Below are positions 31,093-41,817 of a stretch of 64,000 bases of DNA, in pieces (the stretch's first letter is position 1; each line of letters opens with the position of its first letter). The stretch spans positions 128,001 to 192,000 of the forward strand of contig JAXHNB010000008.1 in NCBI GenBank assembly GCA_034520945.1, given 5' to 3'. Below the pieces are notes generated by a model. The model was not told the DNA's origin and ran no database searches. It saw only the letters and a list, made by a program, of their open reading frames with translations. This DNA is from Trueperaceae bacterium (GTDB lineage: Bacteria; Deinococcota; Deinococci; Deinococcales; Trueperaceae). Both the position numbers and the translations under genes were made by a program.

Positions 31093-32042
31093 GCTGGTAC
31101 CTCCCCGTTACGCGGGTAGATTGGCTCATACGATTCAGCCTTGTGTTTGAAGAGGTCGGCGGCTTCTCGCATTAGCGGCCTACTTTCCAAGCGCCCACGC
31201 GCGATCAATTTCTTCGTCGACACGCTGTCGAGCTCGAACTCGTTGTCCCGAACAACAGGGTCTAAGCGCAGGATGGCGCCCGTTGGCAGGAGGTGGCGCG
31301 CAATCTCGGTCGCGCTCTGACTTTGCGCCTTCATGATTAGGTCGGTGGCGTGTCCAGCCCACCTGAGACGCCCTCCAGCATCAAGGGAACTCGGCCGATG
31401 TCCCACGGGTGTCGTTGTCCCAACGGTGAGAATCCGTATGCGGTCGAGGGGCGCACCACAGAATGCAACCGCTTCGGCGAGTCCCACTAGAATCGGGTTG
31501 TTGGCCCACAGTCCTCCGTCCACGTGGCGTATGCCGTCCACGTGGGTGCTAGCAGGGAAGTAAGTGGGGGCTGCGCTCGTGGCAAGGCCTACCTGCCACA
31601 TCGGAACGTGCCAATCGCGGCGGAGGGTGGGGTGGTGTGGAGTCTTAAAGAGGTAGACCTGGTCGTTGTCGAGGTTGAATGCCGGTACTACGAGGCGCTT
31701 GTCGCTGTCACCCAGGAGGGCGTTGCCAAGCGCAATTCCTAGCGCCCTTCGGAGGTTGCCTTGATCGTACTTCGCTCGAAGGCAATGACGAACGGTCTTC
31801 GTTCGACGCCCACCGTTCTCGAAGATTCTCGGTCCCTCCTCGACAAAGAAGTCCACAAGCTCACGAGGTCGCATACCGTTGCCCAAGGCGAGCGCGATGA
31901 TTCCGCCGGTCGACGTGCCCGCAATCAGGTCGAAATGGTCCGTGAGCCGAGTCTGAACGTCCTCTTCGAGCGCGGCAAGAACCGCAGCCGAGAAGAGCCC
32001 TTTGAACCCACCCCCGTCAAGCGCAAGGACATGGAAATCCAT
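31089..32042 (-). CDS. capV: Patatin-like phospholipase effector (CapV-like)
   Basis: LALDGGGFKG, GTSTGG, SAAPTYF, DGGLWANNP. Start may be 32093. Confidence 0.88.
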   Translation of the reverse strand: MDFHVLALDGGGFKGLFSAAVLAALEEDVQTRLTDHFDLIAGTSTGGIIALALGNGMRPRELVDFFVEEGPRIFENGGRRTKTVRHCLRAKYDQGNLRRALGIALGNALLGDSDKRLVVPAFNLDNDQVYLFKTPHHPTLRRDWHVPMWQVGLATSAAPTYFPASTHVDGIRHVDGGLWANNPILVGLAEAVAFCGAPLDRIRILTVGTTTPVGHRPSSLDAGGRLRWAGHATDLIMKAQSQSATEIARHLLPTGAILRLDPVVRDNEFELDSVSTKKLIARGRLESRPLMREAADLFKHKAESYEPIYPRNGEVPA

Positions 32043-32172
32043 GTCATCTGTCTGCGCATCGTCTTGGGCTAATTGTAGGCTATATATGGACATACGGAGA
32101 CGGTAGCATACAAGATAGGGTATCTGCAATTATTAAGGCACTCGGAGCGAGTGGGGCCGCGCCCCGCTTACC

Positions 32173-34212
32173 ATGAACCTCCTCGCCGTGAAAGCCTCCG
32201 CCTGGGATGAGTTGATGGAGCTACCCCCCAGCGACCAGCCGCGCGTGTTCGCGGACCTGGACCGGTTGGCCAAGAACCCGGCGCGGTCGGACCTGAACAT
32301 CGAGCCGGTGAAGGGGTGGAAGGGGGTATGGCGTTTGCGGGTGCGCGATTGGCGCATCCTGTTCCGAAAGGGCGAGCCGGTGGAGGTGCTACGCGTCGCG
32401 CGGCGCACCGATACCACCTACTCGCCGACCAAGGTGGCCTCGGCGGACGGGTCCGGGACGTACTGGACGTTGGTGCCGCGGGCGCATCTCGCGGCGGAGG
32501 CGGCGCGGGAGGCGGAAGCGGCGGCGGATGAGGCGGACGCGTGGGACGAGGCGTTCGCGGCCGGCGCGACGGTGGAGGAGGGCGAGCGGCTCCCGCTGGA
32601 GCTCACGCCGGGGGTGTTGCGCCGCTGGCACATCCCCGCGCAGCATCACGAGGTCCTGTCGGCCTGCCGCACGACGGAGGATCTGTTGGACGTGCAGGTG
32701 CCGCCTTGCGTGGCGGCGCGGGTGGTGGAGAAGCTGTACCCGCGCGACGTGGGGCAGTTGAGCGACGACGCCAACTACCTGGTGCAGGGCGAGGAGGAGC
32801 TGCACCGCTACGCCAAGGGCGACCTCACGCACCTGCTGCTGCAGTTGGACCCCGAACAGGAGGCGTTGGTGCAGCGGGACTCGAACGGCCCGATGCTGGT
32901 GCGGGGCGGTCCCGGGACGGGCAAGACGATCGTGGCGTTGCACCGCGTGCTGCGCGCGGCGCGCGAGCGGTCGGGCGCACGGATCCTGTTCGCGACCTTT
33001 ACCCGGACGCTGGCGGCGTACGCCGACGAGATGTTGCGTCGCGTGCTGAGGGAACGCGGCGTGGACGACGCCAAGCTCGAGGTCGCCACCGTCGATCACC
33101 TGGCCCGCACGCGCGCGCCCGATCAGCGGACCGCCGTGAGCACGGCCGAGGCGCGACGCCGGAGCGACGGTCTTTTGCAGGGGTAGCCGAGCGCGTTGCT
33201 GCAGGAGTTGGGCGCCCGGTACCTGCACGAGGAGTTCGAGCAGGTGATCGGCGCCTGGGGCATCGAGACGCTCGATGACTACCTGCGCGCCGACCGGCGG
33301 GGGCGGCGCTTCCCGTTGGCGGCCGAGGAACGAGCCTTGGTGTGGCGGGTCTACACCGCGTTCCGGGAGGGCCTGCACCGGGACGGGCACGTCACCTGGC
33401 ACGAAGCCCGCAAGCGTGCGCTGGACCGTGCCGACCCCGCGTTCGACGTGGTGGTCGCGGATGAGGTGCAGGACCTGACGCCGGTCTCGCTTCGGTTCCT
33501 GGCCGCACTGGCGAAGGACCCGGCGCAGATCTATCTGACCGCCGACGCGGGGCAGAGCATCTACGCCAGCGGCTTCACCTGACAGGCGGTCGACGACGCG
33601 TTGGAGATCCGCGGGCGGTCCGTACGGTTGACGCGCGACTACCGCATGACGCGGCAGGTGAACCGCGGCGTCCGCGACCTGGCGTCCAACCTTGGGCTGG
33701 ACGTGCAGGACTTCCCGACGCCGGGCCGGCGGGAGGGGCCGGCGCCGCGCGTGGTCGAGACGCGGATGGGTGAGCCGGACGCGGCATATGGGGACCTGAT
33801 CGACGTCCTGCGGAGCATCTGCCGCGAGCGACGCATGCCGTTGGGGATGGCGGCGGTGCTGACGCCGCGCAAGCGCTTGGAGGACGAGGTGCTGTTCGAG
33901 CTGAACGAGCGTGGCATTCCGGCCGAGCCCGGCCGCGACGGCGAGGCGGGCCTGGACCACCCGGCGGTGAAGGTGCTGACGCTTCAGTCCGCGAAGGGCC
34001 TGGAGTTTCCCATCGTGGTGGCGTTCGGCATCGACGAGGGCGTGCTGCCGCGCGAAGTGGAGGGCGTGCCGGACGAGGAACGGCCCGAGCACCGGCAACG
34101 CGACGCCCGCACGCTGTTCGTGGCTTGCAGTCGTGGCATGCGGGCGTTGGTGGTGATGCACGGCCAGGAGGCGCCGAGTCCGTTCTTGGAGGGGTTGTCG
34201 TGGGGGAAGTGA
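32173..34212 (+). pseudogene. RelE-like domain fused to a UvrD/SF1 helicase; two in-frame stops
   Basis: N-terminal WRLRVRDWRILF; GGPGTGKT, DEVQD, D..QSIY, SAKGLEF, LFVACSR all in one frame. TAG at 33184 and TGA at 33580. Confidence 0.82.
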
Positions 34213-34426
34213 AGGTGGCGCCGAACCACCGGTTGCCACCGTCGTCAATGAATGCTATCGGAGCAAGTCTCAACGACTGCATGCAAGTTGCGCTCCTCGG
34301 CACCCGTGTAACAATGTGCGCGGATCTGCCGACGAATCGCGCACATTCCGTCGGAAGCTGGCGGAATAGACTGCCCGGCACCTGGTCAGCCACCTCGAGC
34401 CGAACACTGCAGGAAGGGCGCCGTAC

Positions 34427-36544
34427 ATGCGAATCGACGAGCTGATCAACGACATCCGAACCAGCAATCTCGTTCTCCCCGAGTTTCAGCGCGAGTACGT
34501 TTGGACACGGGAGCAAGCGAAGCAACTGATGGCCTCGCTGATCAAGCGCTACCCGGTCGGTGGCCTCCTGTTCTGGAAGACGACGGATCCTCCCGAGCTC
34601 AAGAACATGACCGAACTGCCCGAGCACCTCGGCACCATCCGGGTGATACTCGACGGCCAGCAGCGCCTCACCACGCTCTTCATGCTGGTCACGGGCGACA
34701 TCCCGCCGTACTACCGCCAGCACGACATACATAGCAACCCACGCGATCTCTACTACAACGTGGAGACGCAGGAGTTCCACTACTACCAATCGTCGCGGAT
34801 GCGGGACAACCCTCGCTGGCAACGGGTGGTCGATTGCTTCGATGGGAAAGGGTCGCAAAGCTTGGCGTTCGAGATCGCCAAGACACTCGCCGAGGACCCC
34901 GAGCGCGCCTTCGACCTCGCCAGCTCGCTAAGCCATAACCTCGAGCGACTACGGGGCATCGTGCAACACGATCTCCCGATCCAGACGGTGCCTGTGACGG
35001 CCTCGCTGACCGAGGCGATCGACATCTTCGACCTGGTGAATAGCCAGGGTACGAAGCTCAGCGATGCGGAGTTGGCCCTTACGCACGTGACCGGGAAGTG
35101 GGCGCAGGCTCGTCGGGTCATAAAGGAAAAGAGCCGCGAGCTGGCCGATCGGCACTTCGACTTCGACCTGACATTCATGACGCGCGCCCTCACGGCCAGC
35201 GTCAAGCGGCGGGGCCTGTTCGAGACCATTCACACCGCCAGCGAGGAGGAACTCAAGGCGGGATGGAAGCGCCTGTCGAAGATCCTCGACTACCTCGTGA
35301 ACTTCCTGCCCCACAAGGCGTTCATCCACTCGACCGAGGACCTCAGTACCTCGAACGCGCTGGTTCCGTTGATCGTTTACCTGACGGTTCACGATGGCAA
35401 GTTTCCGAGCCTCAAGGCCGAACGGAATGCAATCCACTGGTTGTACGCCGCGCTAATCAAGGCGCGCTATACGGCGCAGACCGACCAGCGGCTGGAGAAG
35501 GACATCGCCATCATCGTGCGCGAAGACGATCCTTGGGACAGCCTGCGCGAGCAAATCGTCGATCAGCGCGGACGCATCGACGTAATGCCGAGCGATTTCG
35601 AGGGCCGGGGCGTGAGTCACCCGCTCTTCAAGGCCGCGCACATCGTCGCCAAGGCGAGGGGCGCTGTGGATTGGTTCAACGGTATTCCACTCGGGAAGCC
35701 GCATGGCTCGAGCTACAGAATCCATCGTCACCACATTTTTCCCAAGGACGTTCTTCATAAGCACGGTTACGAAGCCGAGAATCACATGCACGGCAAGATG
35801 GTGAACGAGATCGCCAACCGCGCATTCCTGACCGCCGACACGAACCTTGACCTGTCCAACAAACCTCCGGCCGAGTATCTGCCGAAGATCGAGCAGGCCT
35901 ACCCGGGCGCGCTCGCGAGTCAGTACGTGCCGAAAGCGCAGGAGCTCTGGAGCTTGGACCGATTCGAGGACTTTCTCGCTGAGCGGCGCCGCCTGATGGC
36001 GGAGGCGATCAACGCCTACATGAAGGGGCTCGTTTCGGAGGGCCTGCCACAGGGTCCCGTCCCTCTGAGCACCATCATCGAACAGGGCGAAAGTGCACAG
36101 GTCGAGTTCAAGACGACGTTCCAGTGGGACGTGCGGCAGTCGCAGGTCAACAAGGCCCTTCACCAGTCTGTCGTCAAGTCCGTCGCAGCCTTCCTGAACA
36201 CGGAGGGTGGAACGCTGGTCATCGGTGTAGAGGACGACGGCTCGATCTACGGCATCGACAAAGACGTGGCCTCGTTGGGTGGCACGCGGGATCGCTTCGA
36301 GCAGCGACTCGTCACGCTGCTGGTGGAGGCTCTCGGGACCGAGTACGCCCATCTCGTCAAGGTGTGGTTCGAAAGCGCCGAGGGGCGCGAAGTCTGCATC
36401 CTAGACGTGGAGCGGGCGCCAGAACCCGTCTTCGCCAAGATGCCCGGAAAGGACACCATGTTCTACGCTCGATCCGGAAACGCTACGCGCGCGCTGGACT
36501 CCCAGGAGACGGTCGCCTACATCGGCATGCATTGGGACCAGTGA
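34427..36544 (+). CDS. GmrSD-like protein (DUF262 + DUF1524/HNH-like) with C-terminal AlbA_2 (Schlafen-like) domain
   Basis: [73 protein letters not shown]. Confidence 0.85.
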   Translation: MRIDELINDIRTSNLVLPEFQREYVWTREQAKQLMASLIKRYPVGGLLFWKTTDPPELKNMTELPEHLGTIRVILDGQQRLTTLFMLVTGDIPPYYRQHDIHSNPRDLYYNVETQEFHYYQSSRMRDNPRWQRVVDCFDGKGSQSLAFEIAKTLAEDPERAFDLASSLSHNLERLRGIVQHDLPIQTVPVTASLTEAIDIFDLVNSQGTKLSDAELALTHVTGKWAQARRVIKEKSRELADRHFDFDLTFMTRALTASVKRRGLFETIHTASEEELKAGWKRLSKILDYLVNFLPHKAFIHSTEDLSTSNALVPLIVYLTVHDGKFPSLKAERNAIHWLYAALIKARYTAQTDQRLEKDIAIIVREDDPWDSLREQIVDQRGRIDVMPSDFEGRGVSHPLFKAAHIVAKARGAVDWFNGIPLGKPHGSSYRIHRHHIFPKDVLHKHGYEAENHMHGKMVNEIANRAFLTADTNLDLSNKPPAEYLPKIEQAYPGALASQYVPKAQELWSLDRFEDFLAERRRLMAEAINAYMKGLVSEGLPQGPVPLSTIIEQGESAQVEFKTTFQWDVRQSQVNKALHQSVVKSVAAFLNTEGGTLVIGVEDDGSIYGIDKDVASLGGTRDRFEQRLVTLLVEALGTEYAHLVKVWFESAEGREVCILDVERAPEPVFAKMPGKDTMFYARSGNATRALDSQETVAYIGMHWDQ

Positions 36545-36599
36545 GCTTGTCGCCCGGCAGAAATCCGAGAGCAGCGTGGACCTTTCTCCTCCTAGCCGC

Positions 36600-36855
36600 G
36601 CACCGGTCGCGGCTGCTGGACTTCTGTGCGAGCGCGAGTACTCTGTTTCGGCGCAGCAAGCGGCTCGACCCGCCAGTCGTGCCCGCCGTCAGGATCGGGG
36701 TGGACGACTTCGTCTTCCGGCGTGGACACGATTACGGCACGATCATCATTGACCTGGCGTCGCACCGACCGATCGAGGTGCTACCGAATCGGGATGCGGT
36801 CGGGTTGTCGGAGGTTGCTAAGAACGCGGTACGAGATGTGAAGGTGCTTGATTGA
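36600..36855 (+). pseudogene. ISL3-family transposase fragment
   Basis: [31 protein letters not shown]. Confidence 0.75.
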
Positions 36856-36953
36856 ATTCGGTGCGGTGATTGAACGCCCTGATCGTGATCCGCATCAACA
36901 ATAATCGAGCACAGTCATTCCTCAGTGACATGCCCACGGTACACTTGTGGTGC

Positions 36954-37586
36954 ATGCCGACTTCGCAGCACCCGCCGGTTCGCGACGATTACGCGGCCTA
37001 CACCAATCAGGGCTTCCTCGGGCGAGAGACGTCTGAAACCGCACACTTGCTTGGAGATGGAGTGAGCGAGCAGGACGTGCGCCGTCGAGCAACCGACGAG
37101 AATCTCTTCCAGCTAACATCCGAGTCGAGCCGCAGGAGCACAGTCAATGCTGTCCTCGCCAGGCTCGACGGCGCGTCGGGACAGTTGTTAGACGTTCTTG
37201 CTTCGTCAGACCCTGATACGCGGCGCCAAGCGACGCTCTACGTCATCCTGCTGCAACACCGCCTACTTCGTGAATTCATCGCCGATGTCATCGTGCCCAA
37301 GGCGCGCCTTGCTGACGACGTCGTGACGGAAACCGACGTTGCAGTGTTCATGCAACGCGTGGCCTCACAGCAACCGGATGTACATGCATGGTCCACAAGC
37401 ACCAAGCAGAAGGCAGTCTCGAACATGTTGCGCGTCTTGACAGACGCGGGGTTGTTGGAGCGCAAGGCGCGAGATCGCCATGTCATACGCACTTCCTGGG
37501 TTTCGCCGGAACTGCGCAACGAGCTTGATGCCGCCGGCCGCGCGAGCTACCTGACGCTGCTGCTTGACCAAGGAGGGGCGGCATGA
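36954..37586 (+). CDS. brxA: BREX BrxA (DUF1819)
   Basis: ENLFQ, LLREFI, WS.ST..K, L.DAGLL; first gene of the BREX-1 order. Confidence 0.8.
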   Translation: MPTSQHPPVRDDYAAYTNQGFLGRETSETAHLLGDGVSEQDVRRRATDENLFQLTSESSRRSTVNAVLARLDGASGQLLDVLASSDPDTRRQATLYVILLQHRLLREFIADVIVPKARLADDVVTETDVAVFMQRVASQQPDVHAWSTSTKQKAVSNMLRVLTDAGLLERKARDRHVIRTSWVSPELRNELDAAGRASYLTLLLDQGGAA

Positions 37587-38164
37587 GCGTGGCGGAGTTG
37601 GGTGCACGTCTGGAGCGGCTGCCCGACGTGCTTGCGCGCCACGACTTGTATGAGAGCAAGGGCATCGGGAACGAGGTCAACTTCCACGTCTTTGCCTATC
37701 CACCGGAGGCAGCGTCGGTGGTCGAGGGGTACGTTCCTAGACTTGTCCAGAGGCTTGCAGACAAGGGGTTGCAGGCGTTCGTCTTCGATGTCTTCCAGGA
37801 GATGATCGCGATCCTTCGTGAATCGGGTCACCTCGAACAAGCGTTGGATTTGGAGAGGGACAAGGGCACGCCAGCACTCGCGAAGGCCGTGCGCAAGATG
37901 CTTCATGCCCAGGCCTTGGCCGCGCGCCTGCAGGAACGACGCCGAGAGCAGCCGCACGATGTGATTCTCATCTCGGGCGTGGGCGGAGCCTACCCCCTTG
38001 TCCGGGCACATCAACTTCTGAACAATCTCCACTCCGACGTCGAGGACGTACCCCTGGTGCTTCTCTACCCGGGTTCGTACGATGGCACGGCGTTTCGGCT
38101 CTTTGAGCGTTTGGATGACGAGAATCACTACCGCGCATTCGTCCTTGTGGAACAGGTGGACTAG
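37583..38164 (+). CDS. brxB: BREX BrxB (DUF1788)
   Basis: GIGNEVNFHVFAYPP, GVGGAYPLVRAHQLLNNL, YPGSYDG..LF, YRAF. Confidence 0.9.
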   Translation: MSVAELGARLERLPDVLARHDLYESKGIGNEVNFHVFAYPPEAASVVEGYVPRLVQRLADKGLQAFVFDVFQEMIAILRESGHLEQALDLERDKGTPALAKAVRKMLHAQALAARLQERRREQPHDVILISGVGGAYPLVRAHQLLNNLHSDVEDVPLVLLYPGSYDGTAFRLFERLDDENHYRAFVLVEQVD

Positions 38165-38169
38165 CAACA

Positions 38170-41100
38170 ATGATGAACCTCTACAAGAAGGACATCGAAA
38201 GGCCGATCAACGGCGTGATCAAAGTTGGTCAGCTTGACGACGCGGCGATCGAGCACGAACTGAGCGAGTACGTCATCACCGAAGAGGTCAATGGGTACCT
38301 GGACAAGTTCTTTGACTTCTATAAGGACGCCCTCCAGAACCCGACGGACGCGATCGGCGTGTGGATTAGCGGTTTCTTTGGCTCGGGCAAGTCGCACCTA
38401 CTGAAGATGTTTGCTTACCTCCTTGGGAACCGGAAGGTGCCGTCAGGGTCAGCGCTTGAGATCTTCCTACCGAAGATCGACGATCCATCGCTTCGGGGGG
38501 CCATCGAGCGTGCGGCCGGAGCGCCCAAGGACGTGATCCTGTTCAACATTGATGCGAAGGCCATGGCGACGGATGCGGGTACCCCCGAGCCGATCGTCGC
38601 TACGTTGCAACGCGTGGTCGATGAGCACCGCGGGTACTTCGCCTACGGGCCCTCGGTCGCTAATTTCGAGCGACAACTGGACCAACAAGGCGTCTACGAC
38701 GGATTTAAGAAGGCCTACGAGCAGCACACGGGGAATCGCTGGATCGACGACCGGCAGTACTGGGACTTCCACCAATCCGAAATCGTTGCAGCGTTGCAGC
38801 AGGCCATGGGGATCGACCAATCTGCTGCCCAGGCCGCCGTTGATCGGGCCGACGGATCGTCGTTCGTGAGCAACGAGGCCTTCGCCAAAGGCCTACGCAC
38901 CTGGCTCGATGAGCAGGGACCGAACCACCAAGCGATTTTCATGATTGACGAGATCGGGCAGTACATCGGCACGAACGGGCAGCTCATGCTGAATCTGCAA
39001 ACCGTTGCCGAGGAGCTGGGCATCCACTGCGCCGGTCGTGCATGGCTCATGGTTACGTCTCAGGAAGATATTGACGCCGTCACGCAACAACGCGTGCGGG
39101 GTGACGACTTCTCGAAGATCCAAGGCCGCTTCAAGACAAGGATCTCCTTGTCGAGCGCGAATACTGACGAGGTCATTAAGCTTCGCCTGCTCGAGAAGCG
39201 CGAGGAGGTCATCACGCCCCTTGAGGCCTTGTACGAGCAGCATGCGCAGGCGCTGAAGACACAGATCCGGTTCAGCAAGGACAAGACCGCGCATATGCCG
39301 TCCTACAGTGGCCCCGCCAGCTTTGTGGCTGCCTACCCGTTCGTGCCGTATCAGTTCGGGTTGCTCCAGAATGTGTTTACGCAGATCCGGCTGTTCGGGG
39401 CAACGGGTAAGAACCTTGCGCAGGGTGAGCGGTCCATGCTCGATGCGTTCCAGAGCGCGGCCCGGACGTTGCAGACAACGGAGCTCGGTTCGCTTGCGCC
39501 GTTCCACCTGTTCTACTCCTCGGTCGAAGGAGTCCTCGACGGCAACATCCGGTTGATCATTCGTAATGCCACGAAGAACCCGGAACTGGAGCCCTTCGAC
39601 GCAGAGCTGCTCAAGACGCTCTTCATGATCAAGTACGTAAAAGAAATGCCGGGCACGGTCGACAACCTGGTCACGCTCGAGATTGACCACATTGAGCGCG
39701 ACCGGGTCGCTCTTACGGACAAGGTCAAGGCAGCGCTCGCTCGGCTCGAGAAGCAAACGTTGGTTCAGCGCACAGGCGACACCTACGAGTTCTTGACGAA
39801 CGAAGAGCAGGACGTCACGCGCGAGATTAAGGCGTTCTCCGTCCCCGCGGGTAGCGTCGAAAGCGAGTTGCAGACGTTGGTCTGGGAGGAGCTTTTTGAC
39901 GTCAAGAAGGTGCGCTACGACGCGCAACACGACTACCCGTATACGCGGATCCTGGACGGCCAGGTCGTAGGTCAACAGAACGACGACCTGAGGCTCCACA
40001 TCGTCACGCCGCTCGGCGGCGAGGAATACACCTCCGTCTTCGACGACTCGGCCGCGATGATGCAGTCGGGTGGGAACACCGTTCTGGTGCGGCTTCCCGA
40101 CGAGGGCAGCCGCGAGGCGTTCGATGAGCTGCAGCTCTATGTGCGCACCAAGCACTACCTGAACCAGAAGCTAGGAAAGGCCAGCAAGACCAGCCTTCTC
40201 AACATTCTTCATACGCACCAACGGCAGAACCGCGAGCGGCAAGTCCGTGTACGCTCTGCCATCGACGGGCTGCTCAGAGAAGCCGACGTGTTCGCCTACG
40301 GTCAGAGGCTCGAGAAGCTGGGCTCGAACACAAAGGACCGCCTGACGTCTGCACTGAAGAAGCTGGTTGAGGCGATCTATACCAACCGACACTACGTCAC
40401 CCACCCGTACCCCAACAGCGAGGCCATCCACAAGGTGCTGCAAGGTGGCGTCTCAGACGTGCAGCCAGACGCCCAAGGCAAGGTGCCGAACGAGCTCGCC
40501 CAGGGGGCGATGTACACCTGGCTCAAGGCACGCACCGACGCTCATTCGCTTCCGACAGGCAAGGACCTTGTCACGGAGTTCACGGGGCGTCCCTACGGAT
40601 GGTCGGCCTACGACGTACTGGGCGTGCTGGCCGAGCTCTTGGTGCAGCGCAAGGCAGAACTCCTACGGTACGACGCCGTCGTCGACCCGAAGGAAGACAA
40701 ACTGGTCGATTCGCTGATCTCGACCCAACAGCGGGCCAACCTGCGGGTCCGCGTTCCGCATGCCATCGATCCGGAAGCGAAGGCAACGGCCACACGGTTC
40801 CTCATTCACGCCCTCGACAATCCAATGCCTAGTGCCGACGAGAAGAAGCTTGCGGACGACATCCGGCACCGCCTCGAAGTGATCCGCGAGGATGTTGGGA
40901 AGGATCTTGCGGTGGCGCGGCAGGGGGGCTACCCCTACGAAGAGCAGTTGTCCAAGGCGTCGGAGGTGCTGCAGGACGTTTTGAAACCACGCGACTTGGC
41001 GTCTTTCTTCGACAAGCTCCACGAATCTGCGGACGTTCTTGAGTCTGTCGTTGCTGAGGCGCACCGGATTCACAACTTCTTCGACTCGGCACAACAGCGG

Positions 41101-41730
41101 AAGGTGTTTGAGGACGCGCGGCGACTGCTCCGCGAGCGTGAGCACGATCTCGCCACCCTAAGCGACGAAGATGCGGTCGCGGCCCGGGACACATTGCGGT
41201 CAATCGTGGATTCGCCCGACCCTGCCAGGGAGATCCCTAAGGCAGTTCCCCTGGTCGTGACCCTCGAGCAGGCCCTTGCATCCTTGGTGGATGCCCAGCG
41301 TTCAAAGGTCAAGACCGACCTTGACGAGAAGGTGGCTTCGCTCCGAAGCCTCGCGACAGCAGCAGGAGTTCCTGACGATGCGGCAGCTGAAATGCTGCGG
41401 CCTCTCGAGTTGCACGCTGAACAACTGAAGGGCGCGAAGACCGTCGAAGCTGTGCTTGCGCTAAGCGCGCAACTGTCGAACAAGGCGCAGGCCGCGGAGC
41501 AGGCGATCTACGCCTACCAACCGCCGATGCCTGACGATGACGAGGCTGATCCGGTGGGCGAGGCTGTGGAACCTGCACCGAAACCGCGCCCACTGGAGCC
41601 CTTCCATCCAGCCAAGATAGCGACGAATGAAATCCTCACATCGACAGAAGACGTCGAGGCCTACGTGGATACGCTCCGCGAGGCGATGCTGAAGGTTCTC
41701 GAGGCGGGAAAGCGGATTCATGTTCGATAG
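38170..41730 (+). CDS. brxC: BREX BrxC P-loop ATPase
   Basis: KDIERPINGVIKVGQ, WISGFFGSGKSH, DEIGQYIG, TSQE, KIQGRF, YPFVPYQ, GERSML. Confidence 0.93.
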   Translation: MMNLYKKDIERPINGVIKVGQLDDAAIEHELSEYVITEEVNGYLDKFFDFYKDALQNPTDAIGVWISGFFGSGKSHLLKMFAYLLGNRKVPSGSALEIFLPKIDDPSLRGAIERAAGAPKDVILFNIDAKAMATDAGTPEPIVATLQRVVDEHRGYFAYGPSVANFERQLDQQGVYDGFKKAYEQHTGNRWIDDRQYWDFHQSEIVAALQQAMGIDQSAAQAAVDRADGSSFVSNEAFAKGLRTWLDEQGPNHQAIFMIDEIGQYIGTNGQLMLNLQTVAEELGIHCAGRAWLMVTSQEDIDAVTQQRVRGDDFSKIQGRFKTRISLSSANTDEVIKLRLLEKREEVITPLEALYEQHAQALKTQIRFSKDKTAHMPSYSGPASFVAAYPFVPYQFGLLQNVFTQIRLFGATGKNLAQGERSMLDAFQSAARTLQTTELGSLAPFHLFYSSVEGVLDGNIRLIIRNATKNPELEPFDAELLKTLFMIKYVKEMPGTVDNLVTLEIDHIERDRVALTDKVKAALARLEKQTLVQRTGDTYEFLTNEEQDVTREIKAFSVPAGSVESELQTLVWEELFDVKKVRYDAQHDYPYTRILDGQVVGQQNDDLRLHIVTPLGGEEYTSVFDDSAAMMQSGGNTVLVRLPDEGSREAFDELQLYVRTKHYLNQKLGKASKTSLLNILHTHQRQNRERQVRVRSAIDGLLREADVFAYGQRLEKLGSNTKDRLTSALKKLVEAIYTNRHYVTHPYPNSEAIHKVLQGGVSDVQPDAQGKVPNELAQGAMYTWLKARTDAHSLPTGKDLVTEFTGRPYGWSAYDVLGVLAELLVQRKAELLRYDAVVDPKEDKLVDSLISTQQRANLRVRVPHAIDPEAKATATRFLIHALDNPMPSADEKKLADDIRHRLEVIREDVGKDLAVARQGGYPYEEQLSKASEVLQDVLKPRDLASFFDKLHESADVLESVVAEAHRIHNFFDSAQQRKVFEDARRLLREREHDLATLSDEDAVAARDTLRSIVDSPDPAREIPKAVPLVVTLEQALASLVDAQRSKVKTDLDEKVASLRSLATAAGVPDDAAAEMLRPLELHAEQLKGAKTVEAVLALSAQLSNKAQAAEQAIYAYQPPMPDDDEADPVGEAVEPAPKPRPLEPFHPAKIATNEILTSTEDVEAYVDTLREAMLKVLEAGKRIHVR

Positions 41731-41817
41731 GTACGTCAGTGGCGATGCACGCCCGGTTGTTGCGGTTTCGTTGCGGGAGTCGCCCTCAGTTCAAGAACGT
41801 CCAGGAGGCGTAGTTTG

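Noticed and set aside
33184..33582. Stop-codon reassignment or programmed readthrough
   Set aside because: TGA and TAG both end many intact genes in this window, so nonsense mutation is simpler.
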